A stretch of DNA of 63,892 bases, the filler included, from Collodictyon triciliatum (Eukaryota): assembly GCA_043381765.1 (NCBI GenBank). It is 9 parts of 9 records of this genome, joined end to end, with 100 filler letters (N's around TTAATTAATTAA, not from the genome) between each part and the next. Parts side by side here need not be neighbours in the genome. Positions count along the whole stretch, not along the records: positions 1 to 7,304 come from JBHJMP010003966.1; positions 7,405 to 14,706 come from JBHJMP010003967.1; 7 more parts are not named here. One strand, written 5' to 3'. The notes under the pieces were generated by a model. It was given only the letters and a program-made list of their open reading frames with translations. It ran no database searches and was not told where the DNA came from. Position 1 is the first letter of the stretch. Each line of letters starts with the position of its first letter. Positions 1 to 13,500 of this stretch are shown here, piece after piece. A program made the position numbers and the translations under genes.

Positions 1-257
1 TTTTCTTCTCTTTTTCTCTTTCTCTTTCTTTTTCTCTTTCTTTTTCTCTTTCTTTTTCTCTTTCTCTTTCTCTTTCTCTTTCTCTTTTTCTTTTTCTTTT
101 TCTTTTCTTTTTCTTTTCTTTTCTTTTTCTTTTTCTCTTTCTCTTTCTCTTTCTTTTCTCTTTCTCTTTCTCTTTCTCTTTCTCTTTCTCTTTCTCTTTC
201 TCTTTCTCTTTCTCTTTCCCTTTTATTTTATTTTGTTTTATTTTGTTTTATTTTCTT
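1..257. repeat. (TTTCTC)n-type pyrimidine microsatellite, intronic
   Basis: Direct reading. Confidence 0.9.
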
Positions 258-298
258 TTCTTTATATTTTTTCTTTTCTTTATATTCCATAACTTTAG

Positions 299-3200
299 AT
301 AGTTCAAGTGTCGAGCATGCCTGAAGTCCGTGGTCCGGTTTTTATCGAGGTTATGAGACACAGTAAAAGTGTTACCAGCAAAAAGGTACTCCATACTTCT
401 ATTGCTATGTGGAAATGGAAACTGTTTTCTGAATATTATAAATGATTACAACTTATTCACAAATCGATAAAAATACAGGCACTAAAGAAAACAGTTTGTA
501 TGAAAAAAATATTGTGTGTAGGTTCTAAGCACTATGGATAGGAGAGCTGTCTGGGACGAAACTCTGTCGCTGCCACTTACTCTATATCAAGTTTTTTTTT
601 AAATCTCTTTATCAAAACATTCTTTAATTCTTTTAAAAACTATTTTCTTGTCATATCTATTTAAATATCTGTATTATATCCTTCCTCTTTTTTTGAATTC
701 TTCATTTTCGGTATTTTTATCATTGATATCTAGTTTGCTCACCAATATTATTTCTTCTAATTACCGTTAAAAAGGAGGGGCACAAATCTTCATATCAAGA
801 GAAGAATGTCAAGATTTTCCTGAAAGACACCAATAAGACCCTGGGCTCCACAAAGATCAATATATCCTCCTTTGCTCATGTAATCAGATAGTACAACGTC
901 CTCTTCTCCATTACGATTTTGTGCCAAAATTCATTTCTACAGGCACTTTCTATCACAATTATTTTTTTTTAAAAAAAAAAAAGAGTACATCAAAAGTAAA
1001 TAATAATTATTGTGATATACCACCAGAGCAAGGAGCAGAATGTTGAGCTCGAGTTTGAAGAATTTACAAAGAAGCCAAAACCTCATCCTATTCTGAAGGT
1101 ACCAGCTTGAGAATTCTTTGTTCGATACTTTAAAAGCAAATACCTCTGTGCTCAATATACATAAATAGACAAATGAAACTCTTCTCTGTTAGCGTTTGCT
1201 GAGAATTTTTATATCATCAATATGTTGCTTAAGGTTACCATTTCTTCTATTTCTCCATCTGAAGCGAAAGGCTACAGCAGGTGGTATTTCATAAAACAAT
1301 GTTAAGAATAATTTAGCAATATGGCATTTAGATCTCGTGGCAGTCTAGCATGTGGAATTCCATCTAGGATTACTGATTTTTCTTGCTTGATTCTTAATCA
1401 TTTCAACAGACGACAGAGCCAGATTACTGAAGCAAGTTATGTGACGGATGTTACTGGTCAAGCTGAAAGTGAAGGCCTTCACGAAACAGAAGAGGCTCTA
1501 AGTGTCGATGGCCACGAAACCATGGAGGAGTCATCTTTTTTTGGGCACACAACATACACTCATAGCGAAACTGGGATGAAAATCTCCCAAGAGGTAATTG
1601 TAAATCCTCCATGGCGGTATTCAATTCTATTTCCAGGTGTTTGTGATTCATGATTGTTTTATGAAAATCTAGAGCACTATGATGTATTATTGATTCTCTA
1701 CTTTTCCAGGAATATGGTGACCACGACCCTGAATTGGTATTTATTTTATGTGTTATGTTTATTTCATAGCTTTCCACAGATTGTAATTGTTAAGTATTTT
1801 TTTTAAAATCTGAGTATTTTTTGTAAATATGAATCACCCATCTTACAAGGGTGAAAAGTATGACGCACTCCTTCACAAGCACGAAGTTGCTTTGGCCAAT
1901 CTTGATGCTTTACAGAAGCAATTGCTAGAATGTAACAGATATTTATATTACAAAATTACATGCATCATATCCAGTTCGTTTTTCTTTTCAACAATAGAAA
2001 ATCTTTAAATTTAATTGTTTATGGCTTCGTGTCCTCTGATTGGAATCGATAGTAAAGAGAAATCCAGGTTCGCCAACTGGACAAACAGAACGCGTAATTT
2101 TTTTTTATTCGTTATCATTATATTCTAGATACTCTGATTTGAATAAATGAAAACGATGCACCATAATACAGCTCACCGAGGAAATCAGCTCCCTGAGCGA
2201 AAAGCTGACTCTTGCTGATTCGAAACTTGATGAATACGAAAAAGAATTACTGAATGCGGTTTGTTATCAGAAGTATTCTCATGTCTTTACTTAATTGCTG
2301 ATTATCCTGAGTTGTTGGAAATTATGTGATGGAACTTTAATTGGATAGAAAGAAGAATTCGATCAAAAGCTCCGTGAACAGTGCTCCTCGAACGAAAATT
2401 TAAAGAATAGCATAATTCATGTCAGTATTTCTTCAGCAGTGTGTCATATCAGTTCTTCCTTTGACTCATCTATGAAATTCTCTGCTACAGTCACTAGAGA
2501 TTCTCAACAGTAGTACGTTGCTTTCAGCCCCGTACGAATCAAACCCGGAGAATCTAGAATCCGCGATTTTAGCGTTAACTGATGGAGCTTCGAAAGAAAT
2601 TGCTCGCCTGACATCAGAATCAGCTCACTATCAACAACGCCTAATCGAATTGCAAATTTCTGAAAGCAATAAATCCGGAGAGGCAGCAGCAGACTTGTCA
2701 AAGTTTTTTATTTCCTTGTTGAATCCATATTATCACATAAAAATCTAATTAACTAGCCTCTTTTTGGTCATTCTCATGATTTATTTTATTGTCAATAGGT
2801 ATGAAATCGAAATATCAACATTGAGAGAAAAGAACGCTGCCCTTCAGTTCGAGTTGCAACAAGCAACCTCTATCACCAAAGAGAGGAACGAATTAAAGCT
2901 TCGGGTTTCTATTCTCCACTAATTTAGCGCACTCTCATTTTCTTAGATATATAAATTCCCAGGCTCTGCATCTCTCCAATTATTTCATCCTAAAATATTA
3001 ACTATATTTTTTATAAAATAAAATCAAACGTTACTCCTAAAAATATTAGTTATCTTCGTTATCATCTCAAATGTCGAGTATGCAATCAAAATTGGAGAAC
3101 ACCGAGAGAAGCATTGAAGTCAGCGAATCGGACTTGAAAAAGTTTGGTCAAAAATACCTTTATCAACTCATCCTTTTGGAAATTTTTCTTTTATTTTCTT

Positions 3201-5628
3201 TGTACTTTTTCTTCTTTTACTCATTTTTTTTACTTATAATTTTGATTTATATCCAGAAAACAAAGCCGCATAGATGAACTAGACCTTAAGGTTGGGTCAC
3301 AAACTCATGAGGTGGGCTTCAAATACTACTCATTACGTGTAAATAACCTTGATTTTTCTATCCTCTTTTCTTTTAGTTTTGTTCTTACTCATGGCTGTTT
3401 ATTTCTATTCATTTCTACTCACACAGATAAAAACGTTGGAAAAAGTTATATCTGACCTCGAACACAAACTCTTGCTGGCCCAAAATGAAATCGAGCATTT
3501 AAGGTCGGAGGCCCAATCGAGGAATCTAGCATCAGAATCTGAAACTGAAAAGGTGGTAGTATATTGATTGAAATCGAATCAAATGTAATTTTCTATCTGC
3601 TAAGTGGTAGAAATTTCGATTTGACATAAAGACGAGCAGTATTTTTTTTTAAAAAAAACTATTTATACTAGTTCATAAACTAAATTCTTAATATCATAAC
3701 GGGCGAAATAGAGACTTCGTGATTTGGCTGAAACCAACAAATTACTGCAACAAAAATGTACTACACTAGAGCATAACTTAGAGGCTACGAAGAGGGAGTT
3801 CCAAGGAATAATTGATGACATGAAAGAGGTTTATTTGATGCATTCGCTCGATTAAATTATTTTTTAAAAGAAAATCTGTAATGTCCACCATGTAGTTATC
3901 ATTTTTCTTCTAAAAAAAAGGAACTCAAAGAAGAGGCCAAAGAGAATGAGGATTTGGACGAACAAGTTACTGCTTGTTCCTCTTATATTCAGGAGCTCGA
4001 GCAGAAGATTTTATCGCTTGAGACTAAACTAAGTGGTCTAGAGAGCAAAAACGTCAACGATGAACAACAGAAAGAAGAAATGAAAACCCAACTCAAAAAG
4101 CTAATGGAAGTGAATGAGTCTCTGAAGAGGTCCACACAGAGCAAAGATGACCACATTCGTGATTTGGAAGAGACAATAAGGTCATTATCATCTGCTGGAA
4201 AAGATGTCGGTGTTGTTGAGGTGGTCTTTTTTCTTTTTCTTCTTTCAATCATATTGTAAAATTTCGGAATGGAACACTTTTCAAGCTCTTTACATGTAAA
4301 TGATTCAGATTAATTTAACAATTAAGATAAAATGCACCTGTGTAATCTCCATAAAATAAAATAAAATAAAAAGAGGAAACTCATCGAAGCGCAAGCAGAA
4401 AATCAGAGATTAAAGAAGGAAAAAGATACAAATTCGCAAGAACTAAGCACTCTTCGCAAAGTGATAGAAAATTATGAGAAAGAAACCGAGAAATCACTTG
4501 CTCATATCCAAAAATTGGAGAAAGCTGCATCGGATTTTGCTGAAAATATCGAAAAGCATCAGGAATCAGATCGCTTGAAGCAAGAAGTAATATCTTAATA
4601 GATTGTAATATTCTGTCAAAAAAGAATTGCATACATCTTCTTTACTGCTATTATCATATCTGTTTATCTGTTTATCTGTTTATCTGTTTATCTGTTTATC
4701 TGTTTATCTGTTTATCTGTTTATCTGTTTATCTGTTTATCTTTTTATCTCAAGAAAATATAATAACCATACGTAGGAAGTTGATCGAGTGAATGCAAGAG
4801 TCTCTGAACTTGAACTCGAAAACCGCGAAGCTGAGCGTCTTCGGGACAAGTATCACCAGGAGCTATCTCTATCGAAGCCCCAGATTGTATTAAACTACTT
4901 TTTAAAATTCACATTCGCTAAAAAAAAATATATATTAAATAGCTGTCTCTTGACTAAAGAAGGTATTTATTAAAAAAATTATACATAGAATACCCTTAAA
5001 GTAAGATGTAGTCAGTTGGAAGCTGAATTAGAAAAGATTGAAAAATCGTACATCGATAAAATTCAGACACTTCAAGAGCAGCAATCAAAGGTTATTTTTG
5101 TTATTTGTCTCGCTTTTAAAGTAAAGAAAAAGCTATCCTTTATTTTGTCTTAAAATCCGGGCAAGAATTCGTTTTAACCTATGCTATGGCTTAATACATC
5201 GCACATTTATTGAAAACGAAGGAAAAATGAGATTTTTATGTCACTCATCCCGCGTCATTAGCTTTGTTATAATCTTTCTCTTTACGATTGTGAGTCTGAA
5301 ACCAGCTTAGCAACTTATTTTTTATGTTCACAGGACCATGAAACCATCAAAGGATTGCAAGATATAAGTAACTCAAAAACGAAGGCGGTTGATGGCGAAG
5401 TTGAGAGGTTGGAACAAGAACTCATTCGAGCCCGAATCGGGTGGGCAGAATCTGAAGCTGAAAAGGTTTAATTAATTCCATATAACATCCCCTAACAAAA
5501 TCCTTCGGTTTGCATAAACTTTCGATGCCAAAACTGATCAATTGTAAACAAAGGACCAAATCCTGAAGCAAATGCACGACCTCAGGAGTTCTATTGTCAA
5601 CCATCGACAAACCCCAACAAAGAAGTAA
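299..5628 (+). CDS. NT-C2 (EEIG1/EHBP1-type N-terminal C2) domain plus long coiled-coil protein; multi-exon, 5' end missing
   Basis: GT-AG exons join to IVQVSSMPEVRGPVFIEVMRHSKSVTSKK / VLSTMDRRAVWDETLSLPLTLYQ / EGHKSSYQEKNVKIFLKDTNKTLGSTKINISSFAH (NT-C2 pattern WxExL...TLY...YQEK...LG...INIS). Many E/K/L/Q-rich coiled-coil exons follow; last exon DQILKQMHDLRSSIVNHRQTPTKK ends at TAA 5626-5628. Confidence 0.75.
4658..4740. repeat. (ATCTGTTT)n 8-mer tandem repeat, intronic
   Basis: Direct reading. Confidence 0.9.
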
Positions 5629-7031
5629 ATTCTAGTCAAAGGAGAGACAAAAATAAATTAATTTTTTCTTAAAAAAAACTGTTTGCTTACAGTCCATAAT
5701 GAAGTGAGAATTGCATGTCTAATGTAACGGAGTTGACATGTTTTCTGGAAAGATAATATCAATAGCTTTCACTTGAGCTCATCTTATCATGCTTGAGGAA
5801 TACTTTTGTTATCAAAGATATCTTTGCATGCCTTTGTGAGTACCTTCCTCATCTCATTAATTGCAAACGATCTCAGGGACATACGATTATTTTTTTATTT
5901 ATTTTTTTACCAAGCTGAAAATTCCGAGGATTTCAAGTTGTAATTCGACGACGAATGAAAATGTTGGCATCGTACACACAACCTTCAAGAATCATCCAAG
6001 AAAAATTAGCCAGTAACCCGGAACATGGATGAACCGAAAGGCCGTAAACTAATTGCTCCTCTCCTTTAGAACGCCTTGAAAACGAGGTGGTGATTTACAG
6101 GTTGATAAAACTTCGCGATTCTTGGGTATGAAAATAAGGGCGCAATCACTGCTAAGTAGTGTAATGATGACCTGTTGCCATGGTACCAGCAAATAAATGG
6201 CTTATGTTTGCCATTTCATTTACTTTGATTAGCAACCATAGTAGGACATCTCTGGAGAAGGAATTTTTTTTTCTAGTCTGTCTTTTCTGCTGGTAGTATC
6301 AGTAGTCTGCTCGTCTGTTGACTCAGTATTGAATTTCCCGACGCTTCCGACCGGCCCTTTCGTAACAGAAGCCAAGCAAGAATCGTGATATTCTTTACTC
6401 ATTTCCCTACACTGCGCACAATACACAAACACGACGATGATTTGGCTATTCCGATAGGCGCTAGAAAAGTTGAAATCGGAAACTTGGGATTCACTCCTTC
6501 TAGCATATCAATCATGGCTGCAGAGTGGAGAAGATATGAAAGATGATGGCGGTAGAATCACAGACTCCTTGGTGGCGAACCTTATTTGGCCAGCTTTTCC
6601 TTGTTGCGGACGGCGAAAACCCAAAAGCAGAAAGAGCACCACATACCCTGCAATCATACCATATATGTCGATATGTTCGTTACAGAATATATTTGGTATG
6701 ATGCCGTTGTTTTTTTGACTTCACTTTTTTTTTTTGATCTCTGCCTGATGATCAAACTAAGTTTCATAGTCTCACGGCCGATCCTTTACGACAACTTAGG
6801 CCGTGAAGCTCAAAGACAGACGCAGACACATTCTCTCACATACACACACAAACGGCAAACGCAGAGAGGAGCCGTGTTTTCTTGACGGTGTTTTGGCCAA
6901 AGAGACGCCGATTTCTTCCTTTCGTTGCTCACAATCTTTCTTCGCCGGAAGCATCAGAGCCTGAGCGCGATCCTGTCTCGAAGTTGCTCGATTCCTGATC
7001 CCTCGAGTTTGCCCGAGTCCAAGGAATAACC

Positions 7032-7166
7032 ATGGGAACGAAATCCGTCAGCGTGATTGAAGCGCAGCGCATCAGTGCCGTTCTGGAGGAGGCTGTCGAA
7101 CGCCTCAGCGTCTTGCAAACCATCACCCCAGACTTGCTGGCGCATAGGGATGAATTGGCGCAGACT
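7032..7166 (+). CDS. DRC9: Dynein regulatory complex subunit 9 / IQCG, first exon only (contig ends in intron 1)
   Basis: MGTKSVSVIEAQRISAVLEEAVERLSVLQTITPDLLAHRDELAQT followed by a GTAAGC donor; RISAVLE..LS.L..I.P matches the remembered IQCG/DRC9 N-terminus. DRC10/IQCD is the alternative. Confidence 0.65.
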
Positions 7167-7304
7167 GTAAGCTCCTTTCTTAGTTCTTTTCTCTTCTCTT
7201 TTCTCTTTTCTCTTTCTTTTTCTCTTTCTTTTTCTCTTTCTTTTTCTCTTTCTTTTTCTCTTTCTTTTTCTCTTTCTTTTTCTCTTTCTTTTTCTCTTTC
7301 TTTT

Positions 7305-7404
7305 NNNNNNNNNNNNNNNNNNNNNNNNNNNNNNNNNNNNNNNNNNNNTTAATTAATTAANNNNNNNNNNNNNNNNNNNNNNNNNNNNNNNNNNNNNNNN
7401 NNNN
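7305..7404. other. Artificial contig spacer; identical spacers at 14707-14806, 22104-22203, 29500-29599, 36895-36994, 44296-44395, 51690-51789 and 59081-59180
   Basis: 44 N + TTAATTAATTAA (stops in all six frames) + 44 N. Confidence 0.99.
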
Positions 7405-7530
7405 CTCTTTTTCTTCTCTCTTTTTCTTCTCTCTTTTTCTTCTCTCTTTTTCTTCTCTCTTTTTCTTCTCTCTTTTTCTTCTCTCTTTTTCTTCTCTCTT
7501 TTTTCTTTTTTCGTTTCTCAATTACCACAG

Positions 7531-10500
7531 CTTGAAGAACTTTGCAAAAAGGCGCGGATTTGAAGTGGTTTTTATCGACCTTCGATGGGGCTTGACACGA
7601 TATGACACGTCTACTGGACTTGTAAATCATATATTTGCATGGAATAACAACCATTCTTTCATCGAGTTATTTCTTTGTTTCGCTCTTTCTTCAGTTCTTT
7701 CTTTCATTTTTTTTTATTTATTTATTTACTCCTGGGCATGAATATTTGTATTTCAATATTCTTGGTTGTTTCTGACGTTTGTCCTGTTTTCCCTTGGATT
7801 TCGTGTACAATTTTTTTATTTTCTGTCTATAAATATCGAAACGGTGCCCCGACACATTTACCATCCACTTTCCGTAAACCCCATCTGGTTTACGAATGCT
7901 GAAGCATGATAATATTATTTTTATATATAAAAAGCACAATCTGTCTCTCCAAGAAACTCATTATCTTTGGCTATCCTAAAGGTTGTTATTCGCTGCTTCG
8001 AGTCGCTCTCGAAGTGTCCCTATTTTTTGTGCATCCTCGGCTCAAGATACGGCTGGGTTCCTGACAGTGGCAATACGGAGCATTGGCATTCCTCTACAGA
8101 TTGGCGCTTTCCGTTTCTTCAGAAGATGCGGGGCTTAAGTGTGACAGAATATGAGGTTTGTTTCTATATATAAAAAGAATGAATCAGTATCAATATGCCT
8201 CATTCAAGAGATTGCAAGAATAGTTGGAGATATGAATATTTTTATTACTCGTCTTGAATCTGAAATCATTCACATCGTAAAAAGAATACTCGCATGCATA
8301 TGTCACTCAAGAGTGCTAGGCTCTATTGATGCTCTCTTTCTTTCCTTTATGGCCCGTAATAGTAAATTAAATCACCCATGAATGTCTAATTGGAATAGAT
8401 TATGTACGCTGCCATGATTCCAAAATGTGTAGCAAGCCGGGCGTTCTTTTTTTTCCGTGATGAGGACTATGCTATCAAGCACGTGGCCACTAGCGATTCT
8501 GAAATAGCTCTTTATCAGGCCGAGGACGAGATAAATGTTTGTTAATAACATCCATCTTGTCCATTTCATTCATAAAATTGAACACATTAAACATGGAATC
8601 CTATATTTCACCCTCCTTTTTTATGTATAGTAATTACGTCTTCTGCATTAGTAAAAATGCCTTTCTAAGCTAGTATTTATCCATTCGTATGTTTATAACT
8701 GGATCATGTTGCGAACTAGGCAATCCGCCAGAACCAACTGAAGGACAGAATCAGAGAAAGATTTTTGGCGCATACTTTTGAAGGACCAAGACATTTTTCC
8801 GATCTTGCCTGTGAAGCCTTGATGATGGCCTTCTCGCACGACTTTGAACCCCTATTAGTTCTGTATCTAATATATTTTTACGTTCGAAAATGGGATATTT
8901 AATCACATGTCACTTACTATTCTTCATTTGTGTTTATTAGTTTAATAGGAAAGAAAATCTTTCGGAAGCATGTTTATTTTTACTCATCGATTTTTATTCT
9001 GTTATTTTAGTTTTTATTTTATTTGTCTGGCATATATATATCTTTCATTTTTCCCTTTTTTTCTTTTTAGATTCAGGACCCGGAAGAGCTGAGCCATCAC
9101 CAGTTCATGAAACACCGCCTCACAGGCTTTGAAGGCCGTCGCGAAATTCTGTCCCAACTTGAAAGAGATGTTTTTCTACAACTGGAAAAGGACGACTGCC
9201 CCATCACTATTGTAGCTGCGCAATCTGGAATCGGAAAATCATCCTTAATGGCAGCTCTTGTTCGGCTTTTGGAAACAACAACAAAAGCATCAGACACGCT
9301 TGTCACCTTCCATTTTGTCGGATGCTCAGACTTAAGTTCATATGTTGAAAAGTAAAGCTGACTCTGTTTTTTCACATAGTTATAAAATCAACTTTTTCTT
9401 TTCATTTCTTTTTTTGAGTTTTTCGGTCCCATAACAACCCGCCCAGTCTGTGTCCACACCTTTATAAATTGTCCAACTGACGTTGAATTTTAATTATTTT
9501 TTTAAAATATTTAAAGCATCAGCCAAAGGTTCTGGAAAGCCGTCAAGCTGGACTCTGCTGATATCGAGAAACTAAAAGATTCCTCTGAAGAAAATCGTAA
9601 GATTAGTTTATGGGGTTTTAATGAGGGGGTTTTTTACAGAGGTTTATAGTGTGACAAAAAAAAAAAGCACCCATTGGAAGAATACGCGACATAAGTACGA
9701 CTTATTCAATCTAGGGTTGAAATCGAAAAAAGGAATCGAATCCTTGATGGTTCATATTTCGAAACAATCGTAAGAGTTATTTTGAATTGTGTATGAAGAA
9801 ATGTCATTTGGATGTGCTGCTCAATCTGTTGTTCTGTGATTTTCATATATTCACACTTACCTTACATGATTTGGCCACTATTATTATTCAATTATTTATT
9901 TTCTTCCGATTTATGAATCAGAGAGAAGAAGTACATTTTTGTAATTGACGCTGTTAATCAACTCTTGAATTCGGATGAGTTTCCTCAAGTACATCAATTA
10001 CACTGGCTCCCAAAAACTACTCCAAAAGGTGTTTGCATCGTCGCGTCTACAGTTGACACACACGATTCCTGTCACGTAATGGCTTTGTCAAACTACGTAC
10101 CCATCTTTATTTTTTTTTCTCGCTGAGTATGTAGATAGCCTTTTTCCTTTCTCCTTTTTCCTTTCTCCTTTTTCCTTTCTCCTTTTTCCTTTCTCCTTTT
10201 TCCTTTCTCCTTTTTCCTTTCTCCTTTTTCCTTTCTCCTTTTTACTTTTTACTTTTTCCTTTTTCTTATTTGGAATTGTGCACTAGTGGGCTAGGGTTTC
10301 AGGCATCACTCCAATACCTGTAAGCCGGTTGACAGACCAGGAGATAGAAGACTCAATTCACTCTTTCCTCGCACGCTACGACAAAAAATTGACGACGAGC
10401 CAGATTCGAATGATTTTAACGGACCAAAGAGATACAGGTCCCCTTTTTTAAATATTCTAGGCAATATTTTGTCGAAATTGCCTACATTTTTTTAATTTAT

Positions 10501-13500
10501 GTTTGGAAAAAAGAAACACGCCCGAATGACAACCAATATATTCCAAAAGGCCATCCTCTCTATCTGCGAATCTTATTGGATGAACTTCGTCTGTTTGGAA
10601 TCTTTGAAAAGCTTGACCAGGAAATTCAGACTCTTTTGGACATGGACGGGGTGATCAACTTGTACAATCTTATATTGTACCGCTGGGAGTCAAAATATGG
10701 TTAAAATTATATATTATAATATGATGCGATAGAATACAAGACCATTTTATGACATCCACTTTAATTATATTTTCGCAAGTTGGATTCATGCTGAGAATCC
10801 TGTCTTATGTAGGAGTTGACCTTGCTCGAATATCTACTACAGTCCTGAGCCTTTCAAGAATAGGACTGTCAGAGAACGAACTGGATGAATACATGAAATG
10901 GAGGCTTCAGGAAAAATTTGACTTTGCTGATTGGTATAATATTTCGAGCGTGTTGTATCATCTTAAAATACATTTGGCATCGCATCAGATATGAATTTTT
11001 CCATTTGATGTCTTTATACATTCAGGAAGTCTTTTTTATTCACCTTGCTGGATTTTCTCTACGTGAGAAATGGGAGGTAAGGCAATTCAATCAAAAAAAT
11101 CAAATCAAAGTGAAAATTGATATATCCATAGGTCTTAAATAGCAAAGTTTCACACTCTACCTAAAAAACCACTTTCATGTATAGTGATAATGTAGTAGTA
11201 ATAAGAATAGTAATAATGGTAGTAAAAAAAAAAAAAACGCACAAGGTATGCATTCTTCCATCTTTTGCTAAAAGAATCTGTGGAGCACCGATATATGAAA
11301 GGGGAGAATGTCGCTTTGGAATACGCAGCGTACGGTTCCTGGCTAAACGAAAAAGCGAAAACGCATGATCTTCCAAGCGACGAAGTAGCTGAAGTGTGTC
11401 ATGCCTTTTTATCTGCTGCCGAGTACGAGAATCTATGGAAATTTATATCCCAATCGCAGGTTCTTTGACATGAATTCAAGAATCGATTGTGATCTATTAT
11501 AACATTTTTTTTGTTCAAATATTCATAGCAATACCCTTTCTTTTCTTTTATATGTTGATTATTTCTGTTCCCGGTATTTGAAGGTTGTTGATAAACTTCT
11601 TGGGACTCGATACAAATTTGAGTTTTTTCTTTATTGGCGTGAGTTGAGCAAAAAGGGTTTTAATGACAAGGAGACGTACGCAAGCCTAGTCAAGGTTTGT
11701 TGATATCAGCAAATATGAATTACATTTTGCGAGTGGAGCAGTCTGTTGTCTACATAATTGGTCTTTTGCATCACCGCAATCAATTTTTCACTCTGCGACT
11801 GTCCACAGGAGCATTGTGCAGTTGGACTTAGTTTGCTTGATTACTTTACGGAACTACAGCAAAATGACTTTCTGCTCCCAATCATAGAGGACCGTATCAA
11901 AACGTGCTCATCCGAAGGTTAATCTTATACATTTCTCTTTGGATTGGTTTTATCCATGTATTTGCTTGGAGATAAATCAGATTTGATCTTTGACAAACGT
12001 CGAACAGCTCTATACGAAAAGACATTATATCAGTATATGGGGTGCAAAAAATTAAATTTGAACTCTCGAATGACGTACAGATGAAAGGCACCATAACTAT
12101 TGCTTTTTGGGGCGAGTGACTAATCAGAAAGGAAGGTATATCAAAAACCTGCAGCTGTTTTTATTTGAAAATATAATTCCTTTCCTTTGTCACGTCTTGT
12201 ATCTCCTTTTTATTTACTTTTTTCGTTTGTTTTTGATTGTTTTTGATTTGGTTTGGTTCGGTTTGGTTTGGTTTGGTTTGGTTTGGTTTGGTTTGGTTTG
12301 GTTTGGTTTGGTTTGGTTTGGTTTGGTTTGGTTTGGTTTGGTTTGGTTTGGTTTGGTTTGGTTTGCAGGTATCTCGAGGCAATCCCCCACTTCGAAGAAT
12401 GTCTCAAGATGCGTTTAAAACTTTTTGGAGCGGAGAATCCATTCGTCGCAGAGTGCTATCGCTACATCGGCGATTCTAATTACTGGATGGGGAGGTATGA
12501 TAATAATGTCGAGCTCAATACATCTTCCCCTTTCTATTTCTTTCATTTGCGTGGCTTCATATCCTCTGATGGAAATAAAACAATTGTATAATTTAGAGAT
12601 GATTGTAATTTTTCCACGAATTCCAAGTCCCCAGGCAAAAGCTCAACTTTTCTCTATTCACATTAACACAGATACTCGGAAGCTTTGGTGTTCTATTTGA
12701 AAGATTTGGAAGTTTCTTCTAAAGTATTGGGCGACCACAAAGACACTGGAATTGCAAACAATAATGTCGGATGGGCCTACTTTTCGATGAAAAGGTTGTA
12801 TGGTGCATATCCCTCATGTGATTAAGAAACTCCACATAAAAAGAAAATCGGATACAGTTTCGATGAATATCACATCAAGCCTCATTAGTCTTCACTTCGC
12901 TCACTCTTTCCTCATATCGCTGTCGATCGAAGGTTTGATGAATCGCAGAAATACTTCCAGACTGGCCTTGACATTCAACTGAGAACGCTGGGCGAAACAC
13001 ATCCAGATACTGCATACTCTTACAACAGTCTGGGTGCTGTATTTGGCGCTATTAAAAAGTTTGTCTTTTCATTTGGCGTTGCTGTATCGAATTTTTATGC
13101 ATATATTCGCATGAGTATGCATGTCTGTTAGGGAAGAACAAAAAAAAAATAATCTTGCAAGATTTATTTCTCTCTTTTCTCTTATCATTTATAGACCGCT
13201 CTTTCAACAATAGCGCCATTTAATTATTACTATGCCCTCATCTGAATTTTTATTGAGTAATACTTACATTCTCTCATTTCGTGCGGTTAGATTCGAAGAT
13301 GCACTGGTATATTATGAGAAGTCTTTGAAAATCAGGCTCAAGATATTTGACGAAAACCATGCTGAAACTGCAACTCTATACAACAACGTAGGATGGGTAT
13401 ACAACTCCATGAAAAAGTACGGAACTGAACATATACTTGAATTTTTTTTTGTCAACATAATTACAGACACGAAGGGATAAAAAAAAAAACAGATAGATAG

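Noticed and set aside
12107-12479. ORFs such as (GLVWF)n and (TKPNQ)n, and the poly-F, -I, -Y, YLSI and MYVC ORFs elsewhere
   Set aside because: These are translations of intronic or intergenic microsatellites.
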